From Chiloscyllium plagiosum (Eukaryota), in assembly GCF_004010195.1 (NCBI RefSeq), contig NC_057733.1, positions 44,024,403 through 44,088,402 on the forward strand: DNA of 64,000 nucleotides. Direction: 5' to 3'. Below, piece after piece: positions 26,330 to 39,449 of the stretch. The notes under the pieces were generated by a model. The model was not told where the DNA came from. It made no database searches and saw nothing but the letters and a program-made list of their open reading frames with translations. How positions within the stretch are numbered: the first letter of the stretch is position 1; the number at the start of each line of letters is the position of its first letter. A program made the position numbers and the translations under genes.

Positions 26330-28690
26330 CATGAGCAGAAGTAAGTCATTCAGCCATTAAAACTGCTGCACCATTTGATGAGATCATAGCTAAATCGGAC
26401 AATCCTTGACTTCACGTTCCTTCCTTTTCCCAGTAACTCTTTATTCCCTTACAATCACTTATAGAATCATAGAATCCCTACAGTGTGGAAGCAGGCCATT
26501 CAGCCTCTCAAGACCACACCAACCCTCCAAAGAGCATCCCACCCAGATCATACCCCTACCCTATCCATATAACCCTGTATTTCCATGGCTAATCCACCTA
26601 ACCTACACATTCCTTGACAATGGGCAATTTAACATGGCCAATTCACCTAACCTGCGCATCTTTGGACTGTGGGAAGAAACTGGAGCACCTGGAGGAAAAC
26701 CAAGCAGACACAGAGAGAATGTGCAAACCACACAGACAGTCGCCCAAGGCTCGAATCGAACCTGGAACTCTGGCACAATGAGCTGTGTTAATCACGGATC
26801 CACTGTGCTGTCCTGTTACTAATTAAAAATCTGTCTCAGCCTTGAAATATACTTAATGGCTTTGCTTCAATATCGCCCTCTGCAGTCAAGAATTCAACAG
26901 ATTAACTGCCCTCTAACAGACATAATTTCCCTATATTTCTGTTTTAAATAGCTGACCCCTTATTCTGAGATTATGCCATCTAGTCCTAGACTGTCCCAGA
27001 AGGGGAAATGATTTTTCCACATTTGCACTGACAAATCTGCTAAGAATCTTGTATGTTTCAATAAGGTGACTTCTCATTCTTCTAAACTCCAATGAGTACA
27101 GGTCAATCTACGCAACCTCTACTCAAATACAATCCCTCTATACCCAGGACGGATCTACTGAACTTTCTGTGGACAGCCTCAAATGCCAGTTCTATCTTTC
27201 TGTTGGTAAGGGGACCAAATCAGTTCAGTATTCCAGCTATGGTCTGACTAATGCTTTGTGTAGTTTTATTAAGGATCCATATTTTTATACTCTATTACCT
27301 TTGCAATAATGGCCAACATTTATTTTGCCTTCCCTATTATCTGCTGAACTTCTATGTTGTGATTTTATGATTTTATATGCAATGACTCCCAAATCCCTCT
27401 GATCTGTAGCTTTCCATAGGCTTATTTAAATAATACTTGGGTATTATTTTTCTTGCCAAAATGCATAATCTATATTTTTCTACATTATATTCCATCTGCA
27501 AAGTTTTGCTCCTTTCTTAACCTGTCTATATCCATTTGCAGACTGTTTCTGTTATCCTCAGCACTTGCCTTCCCACCTATTTATGTGTAATACACAAACT
27601 TGGCTACAACACATTAATTTTCCTTAACCAAATTGTTAATATATGTTGTAAATAATTATGGACCCAGCACTGCTCTTTGTAGCACTCTACTGCTATAGAT
27701 TACCATTCTGAAAAATCCACCTCCCCAACCTTTATGGCAATGCTATCTTCTATTAGTTAGCCAATTCTCCGTCCATTCTAACACATCCAACACCCAATAG
27801 GTTCTTATCAAGTGCCTTCCGAAAATACATTACATCTACTGCTTCCCCTCTATCTATCCAGCTTCTTACTATCTCATAAAATTCTAGTAAATTTGTTAGA
27901 CATGATTACTACTTCATGAAGCCGACTTTGCTTGATCATGTTATATATAAATTTAAATGCTCTGCTGTTACATCCTTTATAATAGAATCGAACATTTTTG
28001 CAATAACAGATATTAAGTTAACTCGCCTATAGTTATCTGATTTTTATCTCATTCCCTTTTTAATCCCCTGGGACATTTCCAGAATCTAAGGATTCTTGGA
28101 AGATTACCAGTGCAACCATGAAACTACAACTTTTAATATCCTAGGATGCATCCCATTATGTATAGGGAACTTATCAGTGTTCAACACCCATTAGTTTCTC
28201 TCATTGTATTTGTTTCCACTTATTTTGTCACTTGTTATTCACTATTTTTAGAATTCTGTTAGTATCTTCTTACTATGAAGACTGATGCAAAGTATTTATT
28301 CAACTCTTCAACCATTTCATGGTTCCCCATTAACATCTTCTCAGCCTTGTTTCTATGGGGCCTATGTTAACTTTCAGCTCTCTCTGCCTTTTAATATATT
28401 TAAAGAAGCTCTTGCTGTCCATCTTGATGTTACTTGTATGTTTACCCCCAACATTTTTCTTTTTTTTTAAAACTTTCCCAATCCTCCATCTTACTACTGA
28501 TCTTTGCCAAATTATATATTTTTTCTTTCAAGTTGATTCCTTCCTTAAATTCTCTGGTTAACCATGGGTGGCTTATTCCCTTTCCAGCATCTTTGTTTCT
28601 CAATTGCACTTTTTTTGTGACTCGTGAACTATTTCCTTAAACATCTCCCATTGTTCCTAACTGTCCTTGCTGCTAAATTCCTTTCCCAGT
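26330..28690 (-). mobile_element. Old degraded CR1 LINE
   Basis: Collinear homology with the CR1s at 16.5-17.9 kb and 59.4-60.6 kb. Confidence 0.72.
26460..26812 (-). mobile_element. tRNA-derived SINE inside a CR1
   Basis: Same core (GTTTGCACATTCTC...GGTTAGGTG) with a (ATTCTATG)n tail. Confidence 0.78.
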
Positions 28691-28692
28691 CT

Positions 28693-30158
28693 TGGAGTCA
28701 TAGAGATGTACAGCATGGAAACAGACACTTCAGTCCAACTCGTCTATGTTGACCAGATATCCCAACTCAATTCAGTCCCACCTTCCAGCACCCAAACCAT
28801 ATCCCTCCAAACCCTTCCTATTCATATACCTACCCAATTGTACTAGCTTCCTCTGGCAGCTTATTCCATACACGTACCACCCTTTGCATGAAAATGTTGT
28901 CCATTAGGTCTCTTTTATATCTTTCCCCTCTCACCCTAAACTTATGCCCTCTAGTTCTGGACTCCCCCATCCCAGGCAAGAGATTTTGTCTATTTATTCT
29001 ATCCATGCCCCTCATGATTTTATAAACCTCTAAGGTCACCCCTCAGCCTCCAACGCTCCAGGGAAAACAGTCCCAGCCTATTCAACCTCTCCCTATAGTT
29101 CAAATCCTCCAACCTTGGCAACATCCTTGTAAATCTTTTCTGAACCCTTTCACGTTGCACAACATCCTTCCGACAGGAAGAAGATCAGAATTGCATTCAA
29201 TAATCCAAAAGTGCCCAAACCAATGACCTGCAACATGACCTCCCAACTCCTGTACTCAATACTCTGATCAATAAAGGATACCAAACGCCGCCTTCACTAT
29301 CCTATCTACCTGCGACTACACTTTCAAGGAGCTATGAACCTGCATTCCAAGGTCTCTTTATTCAGCAACACTCCCTAGGACCTTACCATTAAGTGTATAA
29401 GTCCTGCTAAGATTTGCTTTCCCAAAATGCAGCACCTTGCTTTTATCTGAATTAAAGTCCATCTGCCAGTTCTCAACCCATTGGCCCATCTGGTCCAGAT
29501 CCTGTTGTAATCTGAGGTAACCTTCTTCGCTGTCCACTACACCTCCAAATTTGGTGGCATCTGCAAACTTACTAACTATACCTCTTATGTTCACATCAAA
29601 ATCATTTATGTAAATGACAAAAAGTAGAGGATCCAGCACCGATCCTTATGGCACTCCACTGGTCACAGGCCTCCAGTCTGAAAAACAACCCTTCACCACC
29701 ACCCTCTGTCTTCTACCTTTGAGCCAGTACTGTATGCAAATGGCTAGTTCTCCATGTATTCCATGAGATCTAACCTTGCTAACCAGTCTCCTATGGGGTA
29801 CCTTGTCGAATGCCTTACTGAAGTCCATATAGATCACGTCCATTGCTTTGCCCTCATCAATCCTCTTTGTTACTTCAAAAAACTCAATCAAGTTTGTGAG
29901 ACATGATTTCCCACACACAAAGCCATGTTGACTATCCCTCATCAGTCCTTGCCTTTCCAAATACATGTACATCCTGTCCCTCAGGATTCCCTCCATCAAC
30001 TTGCCCACCACCGATGTCAGGCTCACTGGTCTGTAGTTCCCTAGCTTGTCCTTACCACCTTTCTTAGAGTGGCACCACGTTAGCCAACCTCCAGTCTTCA
30101 GGCACCTCACCTGTGACTATCAATGACACAAATATTGCAAGGGGCCCAGCAATCACTT
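28693..30158 (-). mobile_element. CR1 (HER1-like) LINE, RT and 3' end; continues at 32632-32985
   Basis: NYRPVSLTSVVGK, YMDFSKAFDKVPH, FADATK, and a (CTATGACT)-type tail. Confidence 0.92.
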
Positions 30159-30264
30159 TATTGGTATTGTATTATAGAGCCCCTAATAGTCAGAGGGAAA
30201 TTGAGAAACAAACTTGTAAGGAGATCTCAGCTATCTGTAAGAATAATAGGGAATAATTATACAT

Positions 30265-30455
30265 TTTCAATGTATAATTTCAGTTACATCACACTGTAAA
30301 TTTTTCCTATAAATTCTGAGTGTTAGGATTGAGCCCTCCACTATCACCTGATGAAGGAGCGACGCTCTGAAAGCTAGTGTGCTTCCAATTAAACCTGTTG
30401 GACTATAACCTGGTATTGTGTGATTTTTAACTTTGATTTGGAGATGCTGGTGTAC
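30265..30455 (+). mobile_element. Short Penelope-derived repeat (third family) containing a hammerhead motif
   Basis: CAC-CTGATGA-AGGAGC-GAC-GCTCT-GAAAGCTA-GTG at 30345-30379. Homologous to 56152-56282. It interrupts a CR1. Confidence 0.7.
30345..30379 (+). ncRNA. Minimal type-I hammerhead ribozyme motif (AGCT helix III, CTA site)
   Basis: Stem I CAC/GTG, core CTGATGA, stem II GGAGC/GCTCT, GAAA. Confidence 0.72.
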
Positions 30456-32631
30456 AAAGAAATTGAGGGTTTGGTTAAGAAAAAGAAGGAAGCGTATGTC
30501 AGGTATAGACAGGATAGATCGAGTAAATTCTTAGAAGAGTACAAAGGAAGTAGGAGTATACTTAATAGGGAAATCAGGAGGGCAAAAAGGGGACATGAGA
30601 TAGCTTTGGCAAATAGAATTCAGGAGAATCCCAAGGGTTTTTACGAATATATTAAGGACAAAAGGGTAACTAGGAAGAGAATAGGGCCCCTCAAAGATCA
30701 GCAAGGTGGCCTTTGTGTGGAGCCACAGAAAATGGGGGAGATACTAAATGAATATTTTGCATCAGTATTTANNNNNNNNNNNNNNNNNNNNNNNNNNNNN
30801 NNNNNNNNNNNNNNNNNNNNNNNNNNNNNNNNNNNNNNNNNNNNNNNNNNNNNNNNNNNNNNNNNNNNNNNNNNNNNNNNNNNNNNNNNNNNNNNNNNNN
30901 NNNNNNNNNNNNNNNNNNNNNNNNNNNNNNNNNNNNNNNNNNNNNNNNNNNNNNNNNNNNNNNNNNNNNNNNNNNNNNNNNNNNNNNNNNNNNNNNNNNN
31001 NNNNNNNNNNNNNNNNNNNNNNNNNNNNNNNNNNNNNNNNNNNNNNNNNNNNNNNNNNNNNNNNNNNNNNNNNNNNNNNNNNNNNNNNNNNNNNNNNNNN
31101 NNNNNNNNNNNNNNNNNNNNNNNNNNNNNNNNNNNNNNNNNNNNNNNNNNNNNNNNNNNNNNNNNNNNNNNNNNNNNNNNNNNNNNNNNNNNNNNNNNNN
31201 NNNNNNNNNNNNNNNNNNNNNNNNNNNNNNNNNNNNNNNNNNNNNNNNNNNNNNNNNNNNNNNNNNNNNNNNNNNNNNNNNNNNNNNNNNNNNNNNNNNN
31301 NNNNNNNNNNNNNNNNNNNNNNNNNNNNNNNNNNNNNNNNNNNNNNNNNNNNNNNNNNNNNNNNNNNNNNNNNNNNNNNNNNNNNNNNNNNNNNNNNNNN
31401 NNNNNNNNNNNNNNNNNNNNNNNNNNNNNNNNNNNNNNNNNNNNNNNNNNNNNNNNNNNNNNNNNNNNNNNNNNNNNNNNNNNNNNNNNNNNNNNNNNNN
31501 NNNNNNNNNNNNNNNNNNNNNNNNNNNNNNNNNNNNNNNNNNNNNNNNNNNNNNNNNNNNNNNNNNNNNNNNNNNACAGAACTTGCTCAAAGGTAGAAGA
31601 CAGAGGGTGGTGGTGGAGGGTTGTTTTTCAGACTGGAGGCCTGTGACCAGTGGAGTGCCACAAGGATCGGTGCTGGGTCCTCTACTTTTTGTCATTTACA
31701 TAAATAATTTGGATGCGAGCATAAGAGGTACAGTTAGTAAGTTTGCAGATGCCACCAAAATTGGAGGTGTAGTGGACAGCGAAGATGGTTACCTCAGATT
31801 ACAACAGGATCTGGACCAGATGGGCCAATGGGCTGAGAAGTGGCAGATGGAGTTTAATTCAGAAAAGCAAATCTTAGCAGGACTTACACATTTAATGGTA
31901 AGGTTCTAGGGAGTGTTGCTGAACAAAGAGACCTTGGAGTGCAGGTTCATAGCTCCTTGAATGTGTAGTCGCATGTAGATAGGATAGTGAAGGCATTTGG
32001 TATGCTTTCCTTTATTGGTCAGAGTATTGAGTACAGGCGTTGGGAGGTCATGTTGCAGCTGTACAGGATATTGGTTAGGCCAGTGTTGAAATATTGCATG
32101 CAATTCTGGTCTCCTTCCTATCGGAAAGAAGCTGTGAAACTTGAAAGTGTTCAGAAAAAATTTACAAGGATGTTGTCAGGGTTAGAGGATTTGAGCTGAA
32201 CAGGGAGAGGCTGAACAGGCTGGGGCTGTTTTCCCTGGAGCGTTGGAAGCTGAGGGGTGACTTTATAGAGGTTTACAAAATTATGTGGGGCATGGATAAG
32301 ATAAATAGACAAAGTCTTTTCCCTGGGGCCGGGGAGTCCAGAACTGGAGGGCATATGTTTAGGGTGAGAGGGGAAAGATATAAAAGAGACCTAAGGGAAA
32401 CTGTTTCACGTAGAGGGTGGTACGTGTATGGAATGAGCTGCCAGAGGATGTGGTGGAGACTGGTACAATTGCAACATTTAAGAGGCATTGGATGGGTATA
32501 TGAATAGGAAGGGTTTAAAGGGATATGGGCCGGGTGCTGGCAAGTGGGATTCGATTGGGTTGGGATATCTGGTCGGCATGGACAGATTGGACCAAAGGGT
32601 CTGTTTCCATGCTGTACATCTCTATGACTCT

Positions 32632-32985
32632 AATCACTTCCCTCACTCCCCACAGAGTTCTAGGGTACACCTGATCAGGTCCTGGGGGTTTACCCACTTT
32701 TATGTGTTTCAAGACATCCAGCACTTCCTCCTCTATAATATGGACATTTTTCAAGATGCCACCATCTATTTCCCTACATTCTATATCTTCTGTGTACTTC
32801 CCCACGGTAAATACTGATGCAAAATACTCGTTTAGTATCTCCCCCATCTCCTGCGGTTCCACACAAAGGCCACCTTGCTGATCTTTGAAGGGCCCTATTC
32901 TCTCCCTAGTTACCCTTTTGTCTTTAATGTATTTGTAAAAACCCTTTGGATTCTCCTTAACTCTATTTGCCAAAGCTATCTCATG
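32632..32985 (-). mobile_element. 5' remainder of the CR1 at 28693-30158
   Basis: KENPKGFYKY...PGPDQVYPRTL continues directly across the TSD. Confidence 0.88.
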
Positions 32986-33087
32986 AACTAGCTCTGCCCT
33001 CGTTCCTTTTTAATTATCATTATCTCAGCTTAACACAATTGTTTCTTATCCAAACTGAATTCTAAATTCCACCATGTATGGTCACTA

Positions 33088-33300
33088 GATTAGATTAGAT
33101 TTCCTACAGTGTGGAATCGGGCCCTTCAGCCCAACAAGTCCACACCGACCCCCCGAAGAGCAACCCACCCAGACCCATTTCCCTCTGACTAATGTACCTA
33201 ACACTATGGGCAATTTAGCATGGCCAGTTCAACTGACCTGCACAGCTTTGGACTGTGGGAGGAAACCGGAGCACCCAGAGGAAACCCACGCAGACATGGG
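33088..33300 (-). mobile_element. 5'-truncated HE1-like SINE
   Basis: Homologous to 15736-16033. Confidence 0.78.
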
Positions 33301-33414
33301 GATCACTATTTCGTAAAGGTTTGTTTATTGACATAATTTATTGAAACTGTCTTATTACACGCCACCAAATCTAAAATAACCTAATCACTCATTGGATCCA
33401 CAACCTATTGTTCT

Positions 33415-33668
33415 CAGAGAAAGTGAGGACTGCAGATGCTGGAGATTAGAGTCGAGAGTGTGGTGCTGGAAAAACACAGCAGGTCAGGCAGCATCCGTGC
33501 AGCAGGTTAATTGATGTTTTGGGCAAGAGCCCTTCATCAGGAATGAGGCTTGTGAGCCTAGGGGGTGGAGAGATAAATGGGAGAGGGGGGTGGGTCTGGG
33601 GGGGGAAGGTAACTGAGAGTGCGATAGGGAGATGGAGGTTGGGGTAATGGTTTAGGTCAGTACAGTTC
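33415..33668 (-). mobile_element. Penelope-terminal-repeat insertion with a decayed hammerhead (33511-33541)
   Basis: TSD CCTATTGTTCT at 33404-33414 and 33669-33679. Homologous to the ends of the 42 kb and 46.8 kb Penelope elements. Confidence 0.8.
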
Positions 33669-33964
33669 CCTATTGTTCTAGGAAACTGTCCTGAATATAC
33701 TCTTACAAATTCTTCCTTGTGGCTTCCTTTACCATCCTGAGAATCCCAATCTAGGTGAATTAATTGGATATGTTTGTGTTCAATTATTTAAAACAGACGT
33801 TTATCTAAATTAATATTACTATAGATAGATTCAGCATGCTGACATGGAATTACAAAGAGCCAGCTGTGGTTTACTACTGAACCTTTGTGTCTAAATCAGG
33901 AAGTGATTGCTTTAAATGCTGGAGACTTTGGCATATTTTTTGGCTAATGCACAATCCAGTGCTG

Positions 33965-34200
33965 CATGGACAGGGATTTGGACGATGCATTAAGCTGCGA
34001 CCCTGTCTGCCCTGAGGGGAATATAAAAGTAACAATTCAAACAGAAGGGAAGTTCTTTTTTTCCATTCCCAAAATTTATTTCATAACTAAAGTCACTAAA
34101 AACATAGATTAGCCAGTAACTTGTCAGTTGTGGGGATTTGCTGCATACAAATTTGCTGCTGTTTTCTGCCCACATTTCAATAATACTCCACAGAATGAAA
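33965..34200 (+). mobile_element. Old Deu-domain SINE (SacSINE1/AmnSINE1-like) fragment; other pieces near 21590-21745, 22412-22670 and 8270-8400
   Basis: Resembles the Deu core as recalled (CCCTGTCTGCCC...GGGGAGTT...CACTAAAAACAGATTA...GTGGG...TTGCTG...CAAATT.GCTGC). Not aligned computationally. Confidence 0.55.
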
Positions 34201-37148
34201 AGGACTCTATGCAACTAATAAATACTTATATGATGATTCAATTAATTGGTTTGGATTACATTACAAAATGTAAAGAATGATCCTCAGTGCCAGATGTTCT
34301 ACATAATGTAAATATAGTTTTTACAATGATTTTGCACCTATCTTACTCTTGCAACATGCACAAAAATTTATTAGAGCTGATCTGATAAGGGTGATGGGAC
34401 AAATCAGAAAAACACGAGTTACAGCATCAAGGGACACGGTTGATTTTGTTTGAATCTGTTTCACAGTAGATTACGGAGAAATCAACAACATTTTATCTAT
34501 TCTAATATTAGAGCTATCTTCGTACAAAAGGGATATTGTATTCTAGACAAACTCAGTTTTTATGTACTTAGTGGTTCTGAATGACTTTCTGTGAGAGTTA
34601 CAACTGTGTTTCTGTCTCCCACACAAGTTAGTTTTGCAAAGTCAACTGTTTGGAAAAAAAGTAAGAAGCTACTGAGTTCTATAGAATGTGTCCTTTGGCA
34701 ATGCTCCAATTCCAATTCATGGTATTGTACAGACACATACGGATACAAAGTATTTAAATGAAATAAATTTGAGCTGTAATCAATGACGTATGACTATCTC
34801 AATAGGAACTGCCTATTTTCTCATATAGTACTTTTAAACAAATGTTCAGGCAGAAACCCCCAGAATTTTACAATATCAGAATTTGGCAACGTTGATACCC
34901 TTTAACATTGACCTCAGGGAATATGAAAACAGTAATGGTTCATTTTGATTCTCTAGAGCATTTAATCGAGAGAAAGGAAGCATCCTGATGTCATGCCATT
35001 GAATACATAAACGAAAGAAACATTGTTATCAAACAGTTAAAGGGTCCTGCAGTGACGGGAACACAAGGATATATAACTAAAAAGGGACAAAAGTACATTC
35101 CACTGCTCTGGAAGGACTGATCTAACTATTCCCACATTATACCTTTCCTTAACTTGACCAAATGGTCATATTTCACAGTTTATATTAGATGAAATGTGAA
35201 GAGGTTTTGGATTTCGTCCATTTTTGCACCTTTCTCTCATTTCTTGCCCTTCTACCATGCCAACCTTGTCCCATCCATCTCCTTCTTCAAGTTGCAGAAA
35301 ATGTTGTTGGATCCCAGATTTGTCTATTCCTCATAGTATTCTCTTTGAATCCCTCCAATCTGACTTCCAACCTCCCCACCATAGTCCGTAATGTAACAAA
35401 TGAGTTTTCTTAAGTTTGTAATGTCTCTCACTTTTACTCTGTCCCCACTTAATCATTTTCCTCTCCATTATGCAGCTTCATCCAACTGTTCTTGCACAGT
35501 TCCATTCCCTTCTAACCAAATGCAGTACATCTTCAGTAATGAATGGCTTTTTTCCCCTCTCACCGTTATCTCCGCTGTCTTCATCTGGAACAAAGCATTA
35601 TATTTTGGGTACATCGGGGAAAAAAAATCAGCTTTTGAGGTGAAATAACAGATTAACTTGGATAAATCACGATTGCCTCCAGATCAAACTGGGAAGTCTG
35701 AAGCCATTGTTTTTGGGCTCCATCATAAATCCACTCTCTGCAGCCACAGTCCAGACGTCCTGTTTGATTCCAATTAAGGTTTAAGCCTCATATTCAGTCA
35801 CCAAGAATGTTTACCTCCATCTTTGCAACATTATCATTCTTCCAACTTGGGATCAGCCCATTGAACTGGCAAGAAATCGATCAGAATCAGCAGATCATAA
35901 AGATGGAGTGACAGAAAGACAGTCAGAGATTGATACATTGGGTAGTTTGTGGGAAGATCATGGCAAAAATAAGGGACAGGTTATTGTGGAGGTCAGGAAC
36001 GTGTGTTTGAGATGAATGGGTTTGAGTAACGTAAAAGACTTTTGTGGCATAGTGATACTACTTCTACCTCTGGACAGAAGGCCCACCTTCAGATTTGTGT
36101 CATGATGTGTCGAAACAGGTTGACTAGAATAACCTAGAAACTATATTGAAAATTTAAATCTGTATATTATGTTTTGAGTCTTCCAAAAATGAGTAATTTT
36201 GTGATCAGTAAACTTATAATCTAAATTACCAGGCAAATTTTTTTTCTGTTCTTTTCAACTTTGTACTTCGAGATTTGGTTCTCTACTAAGACCTTTTCAT
36301 AATTCTGTCAGAAAATTGAGTCAGATGCTTTTTAATTTTAAGTCTACTCAAAACCAATATTATGCTGGTACTTTTATTCAGGGTATCTTTGTATTTCCAT
36401 GAGAACATTTATTACTGAGTTCTGCTCTTTAAAATTTCTCTAATAATAGTACTTTAAATCAAGTACTATATGGCATATCCTTCAAGCTTAAACATAACAG
36501 TATGTGGCACTCTAACAGAGAAGCTGAGTAAGCAGAATCTGCTCAAGTAACTCCCTTTCTTATTATGTTTAAGGGTTGTAAAGAGCAGGAGTCATAGAGT
36601 CAATTCTTCAATTTACTTAGGGTTAAGTTTATCTGGCATTTCAACTTTATGACACACTTATTTGGTTTACACATAGTTGTATTTAGGTGTATAGACATGA
36701 ATTATAAATAAACAATTAAATGTTTCACAGTCAGTCTCCCCATATCTTGTAAAGTCATTCACTCCAGCCTACTGGGAGGGTGCAGAGAGTGATGAGAAAA
36801 AACCAGGAGAAACAATTGCACAAAATCTGGGAATATGGATAGGTCAAAGGTAATAATTTCTTGAACTTACAATTTGCATATAAATTGACATAAGTGTATT
36901 TGATATGGTGTGTGCGCGTGTCAAGGATAAGAGAAGGAGATGAAGTTAAGATCCTTCTGTAACTCCTGCCCTACTTCCCCTTCTTCTGGGAGGACTTGCA
37001 ATATTTGTGCTACAGATTTTATAATCACCATCATGGAAAGCAGCAAAATGGTACTCAAGGAATAGGTGCATGAAAAAGATATTCAACCCCTCGAGCCAGC
37101 TCCACCATTCTAGATCACAACTGGTCACCTACTTCAATGCCATATTCC

Positions 37149-37154
37149 TTTATT
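37149..37154 (-). terminator. Candidate OXLD1 polyadenylation signal AATAAA
   Basis: TTTATT on the plus strand, about 220 nt past the OXLD1 stop codon. Confidence 0.45.
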
Positions 37155-37376
37155 ATCCTCATCTGTCTTGATGTTGTTAGATCCTTGAGAGAGTCAACCA
37201 ATCTCTGCAGTTTTCATTTTAACCACTGGATACTTGTCCAGTCAAATACTGAGTGACTGTAGGGTGAATCCAGCCAATTGGCCAGCACTTTTGAATTACT
37301 AACCTTATTAGGATTCAGATCAACAAAATGAAAAAAAATGCAAGCTTATACAATGATCCAAATCTGCTCTCAAATA

Positions 37377-37826
37377 TTATTTCTTTTGCCTTAATTTTAT
37401 TTCCATTTTAATAAATGCTTTAAGATTCTCATCATCAACATATTTATCAATATCCTCGAGGGCTTTTTGACTTCCATTCTGATAGTACTGTCTCATTTCC
37501 TCTGCATACGAAATCCATACACAGTTGTGGCACCCTTTCATACAGCACCAGGTCGGAGGGATTGGGGTAAAGTTGTCATTTTCCTGACTGCGACCATCAT
37601 CCTTATTACTCTGTTCTTTATTTTGAAGGTGAAGCTGGTTACTTTCTTTGTCCTCCTTGCAGTTCAGATTTGCGGAGACAGCAAAAAACCTTTTATATAT
37701 GGTAATGGTCTGGTTATAGCATAATTTTTGCAAAATCCTGAACAGTCCAGGTAAATGCGATGAAAGAGGAAAGCCTGATGTCCATACAAGTCCATTGAAA
37801 GAGAATTGTGATATTCCAGGAGCTCC
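37377..37826 (-). CDS. OXLD1: Oxidoreductase-like domain-containing protein 1, coding exon 2 (last)
   Basis: Acceptor ttaatcctcAG (37828-37827), 150 codons to TAA. The C-terminus PPTWCCMKGCHNCVWISYAE...DENLKAFIKMEI matches the OXLD1 CCxxGCxxCVW domain. Confidence 0.92.
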   Translation of the reverse strand, partial: GAPGISQFSFNGLVWTSGFPLSSHLPGLFRILQKLCYNQTITIYKRFFAVSANLNCKEDKESNQLHLQNKEQSNKDDGRSQENDNFTPIPPTWCCMKGCHNCVWISYAEEMRQYYQNGSQKALEDIDKYVDDENLKAFIKMEIKLRQKK

Positions 37827-38762
37827 CTGAGGATTAAAATTAAGAAAGCTTATTTCTTATACCAACATCTATAATAACTCAATAAAGTGACAGAGAATAG
37901 AAACATCAGTATGTGAACAAAAATGCTTTGCCAAGTAAGTACAAAAAGTTTCTGTCCGAAACACATTGTGTTTAAGCTATCCATGATAGGGTTACATTTG
38001 GCTCAAAACTAAATCCCACAGATCAGCTTGCCTCTAATACCTAGTCTTGACAAGTCTCAAACAGAAGATAATCCAAAGAAGAGCAGGTTAGGTGAACTGG
38101 CCATGATAAATTGCCCATAGTGTTCAGGGATGTGCAGATTAGGTGCATTAGTCAGGGAAAATGTAGAGTAACAGGGTAGGGGACTGGGTCCATGTGAGAT
38201 ACTCTTCAGAGGTTTGGTGTGGACTTATGGACCAAATGGATTCTATGAAAAAAATAAGTAGCATCATTATGAATGGTCTCAGTCCTCCTAGGTGAAGAGG
38301 AACTGAAACAAATAAATATTGTTCAGAGTTCATTTTTCTGATCACCATCTGTAATGCCCTGGCAGAAAGCATGGGAATGCTTTGGTTGAGGAAAGAATCA
38401 GACTGGGCTATGTTATCCTGCCAGTCTAATAATCAGATGACAGTGTCAGTGCTTGAATGTTTTATTTTAATACAGTAGGCTGCCAATAAAAGTTCTCTAT
38501 TGGGGGAAGGCCAATTTTAATAAGATAGGACAGGATCTGGCCAAAGTAGATGAGGTGCAGACACTTACAGAAAAATCCACATCAGAGCTGGGTACATTCA
38601 AAATGATAATAGTGGAAATGCATGGACAACATGCTCCCATTAGGATGAAAGATGAGACCAACAAGTGCAGAGAATTCTGGATGTTTAGGAATTTACAAGA
38701 TAAGTTTATGGTAGATTCTGAAGGCTCATAACAGCAGATGCGCTGGAAAAATATAAAAGTGC

Positions 38763-39082
38763 AGTGGTTAGTACTGCTGCCTCAGTGCCAGGGACCTGAG
38801 TTCAAATCTAGCTCTGGGTCACTTGTGGGGTTTGCACATTCTCCCCGTGTCTGTGTGGGTTTCTTCCGGGTGCTCCGGTTTCCTCCCACAATCCAAAGAT
38901 CTGCAGGTTAGGTGGATCAGCCATGCTAAATTCCTGTAGTATCCAGGGGTGTGCAGGCTAAATGGATTAGCCAAGGGAAATGTGGGGTGGAGGGTTGGGT
39001 CTGGGTAGGAATGCTGTTTGGAGGGTTGGTGAGGACTCAATGGTCAAAATACCTCTTTCTGAACTGTAGGGATTCCATGATT
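38763..39082 (+). mobile_element. tRNA-derived SINE
   Basis: AGTGGTTAG...GAGTTCAAATC head and the HE1-like core. Confidence 0.78.
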
Positions 39083-39449
39083 CATTTAATAAATACATTG
39101 AGTCAAGAGAATTACTGAGGAAAGAGTCAGGCCCATTAGGGACCAAAGTGGCAATACAGTGGACCCAGAAGTTTTAAAATTTGGACTTTGCATCTGTATT
39201 CACATAAGAAGAACAATGTAAGTGTAGAAATCAGAGAAGGGGATCAAGAGGGAGGAGTTATTAGTGATTTTAGCAGGTTTGACGATGGATAAATCTCCAA
39301 GCCCAGATGAGATGTAGCCAAGAATGCGGTGATAGGCCAGGGAGGAAATTGCAGGAGTTCTGACATTAATTTTCAAAGCGTCTCTGGCCTGAGGAGGGAT
39401 GCCAGTGGACTGGGGAACTATTATTCAAGAAGTGTGGTAGGGATAAACC

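Larger units (their letters stand above)
30159..32631 (+). mobile_element. CR1 LINE inserted antisense into another CR1 (contains the N-gap 30772-31575)
   Basis: TSD AATCACTT at 30151-30158 and 32632-32639. SGVPQGSVLGPLLF and FADATK motifs, and a 3' tail. Confidence 0.9.

Noticed and set aside
30420-31695. Long ORFs of 280-500 aa in the ORF track (also at 45395-46924)
   Set aside because: They are artefacts of reading through N-gaps. The real parts are CR1 and Penelope fragments.
34680-34748. YHELELEH peptide as a PDE6G last-exon remnant
   Set aside because: Only a superficial match to NHLELHEL. It lacks ICPWEAF and AQYGII.
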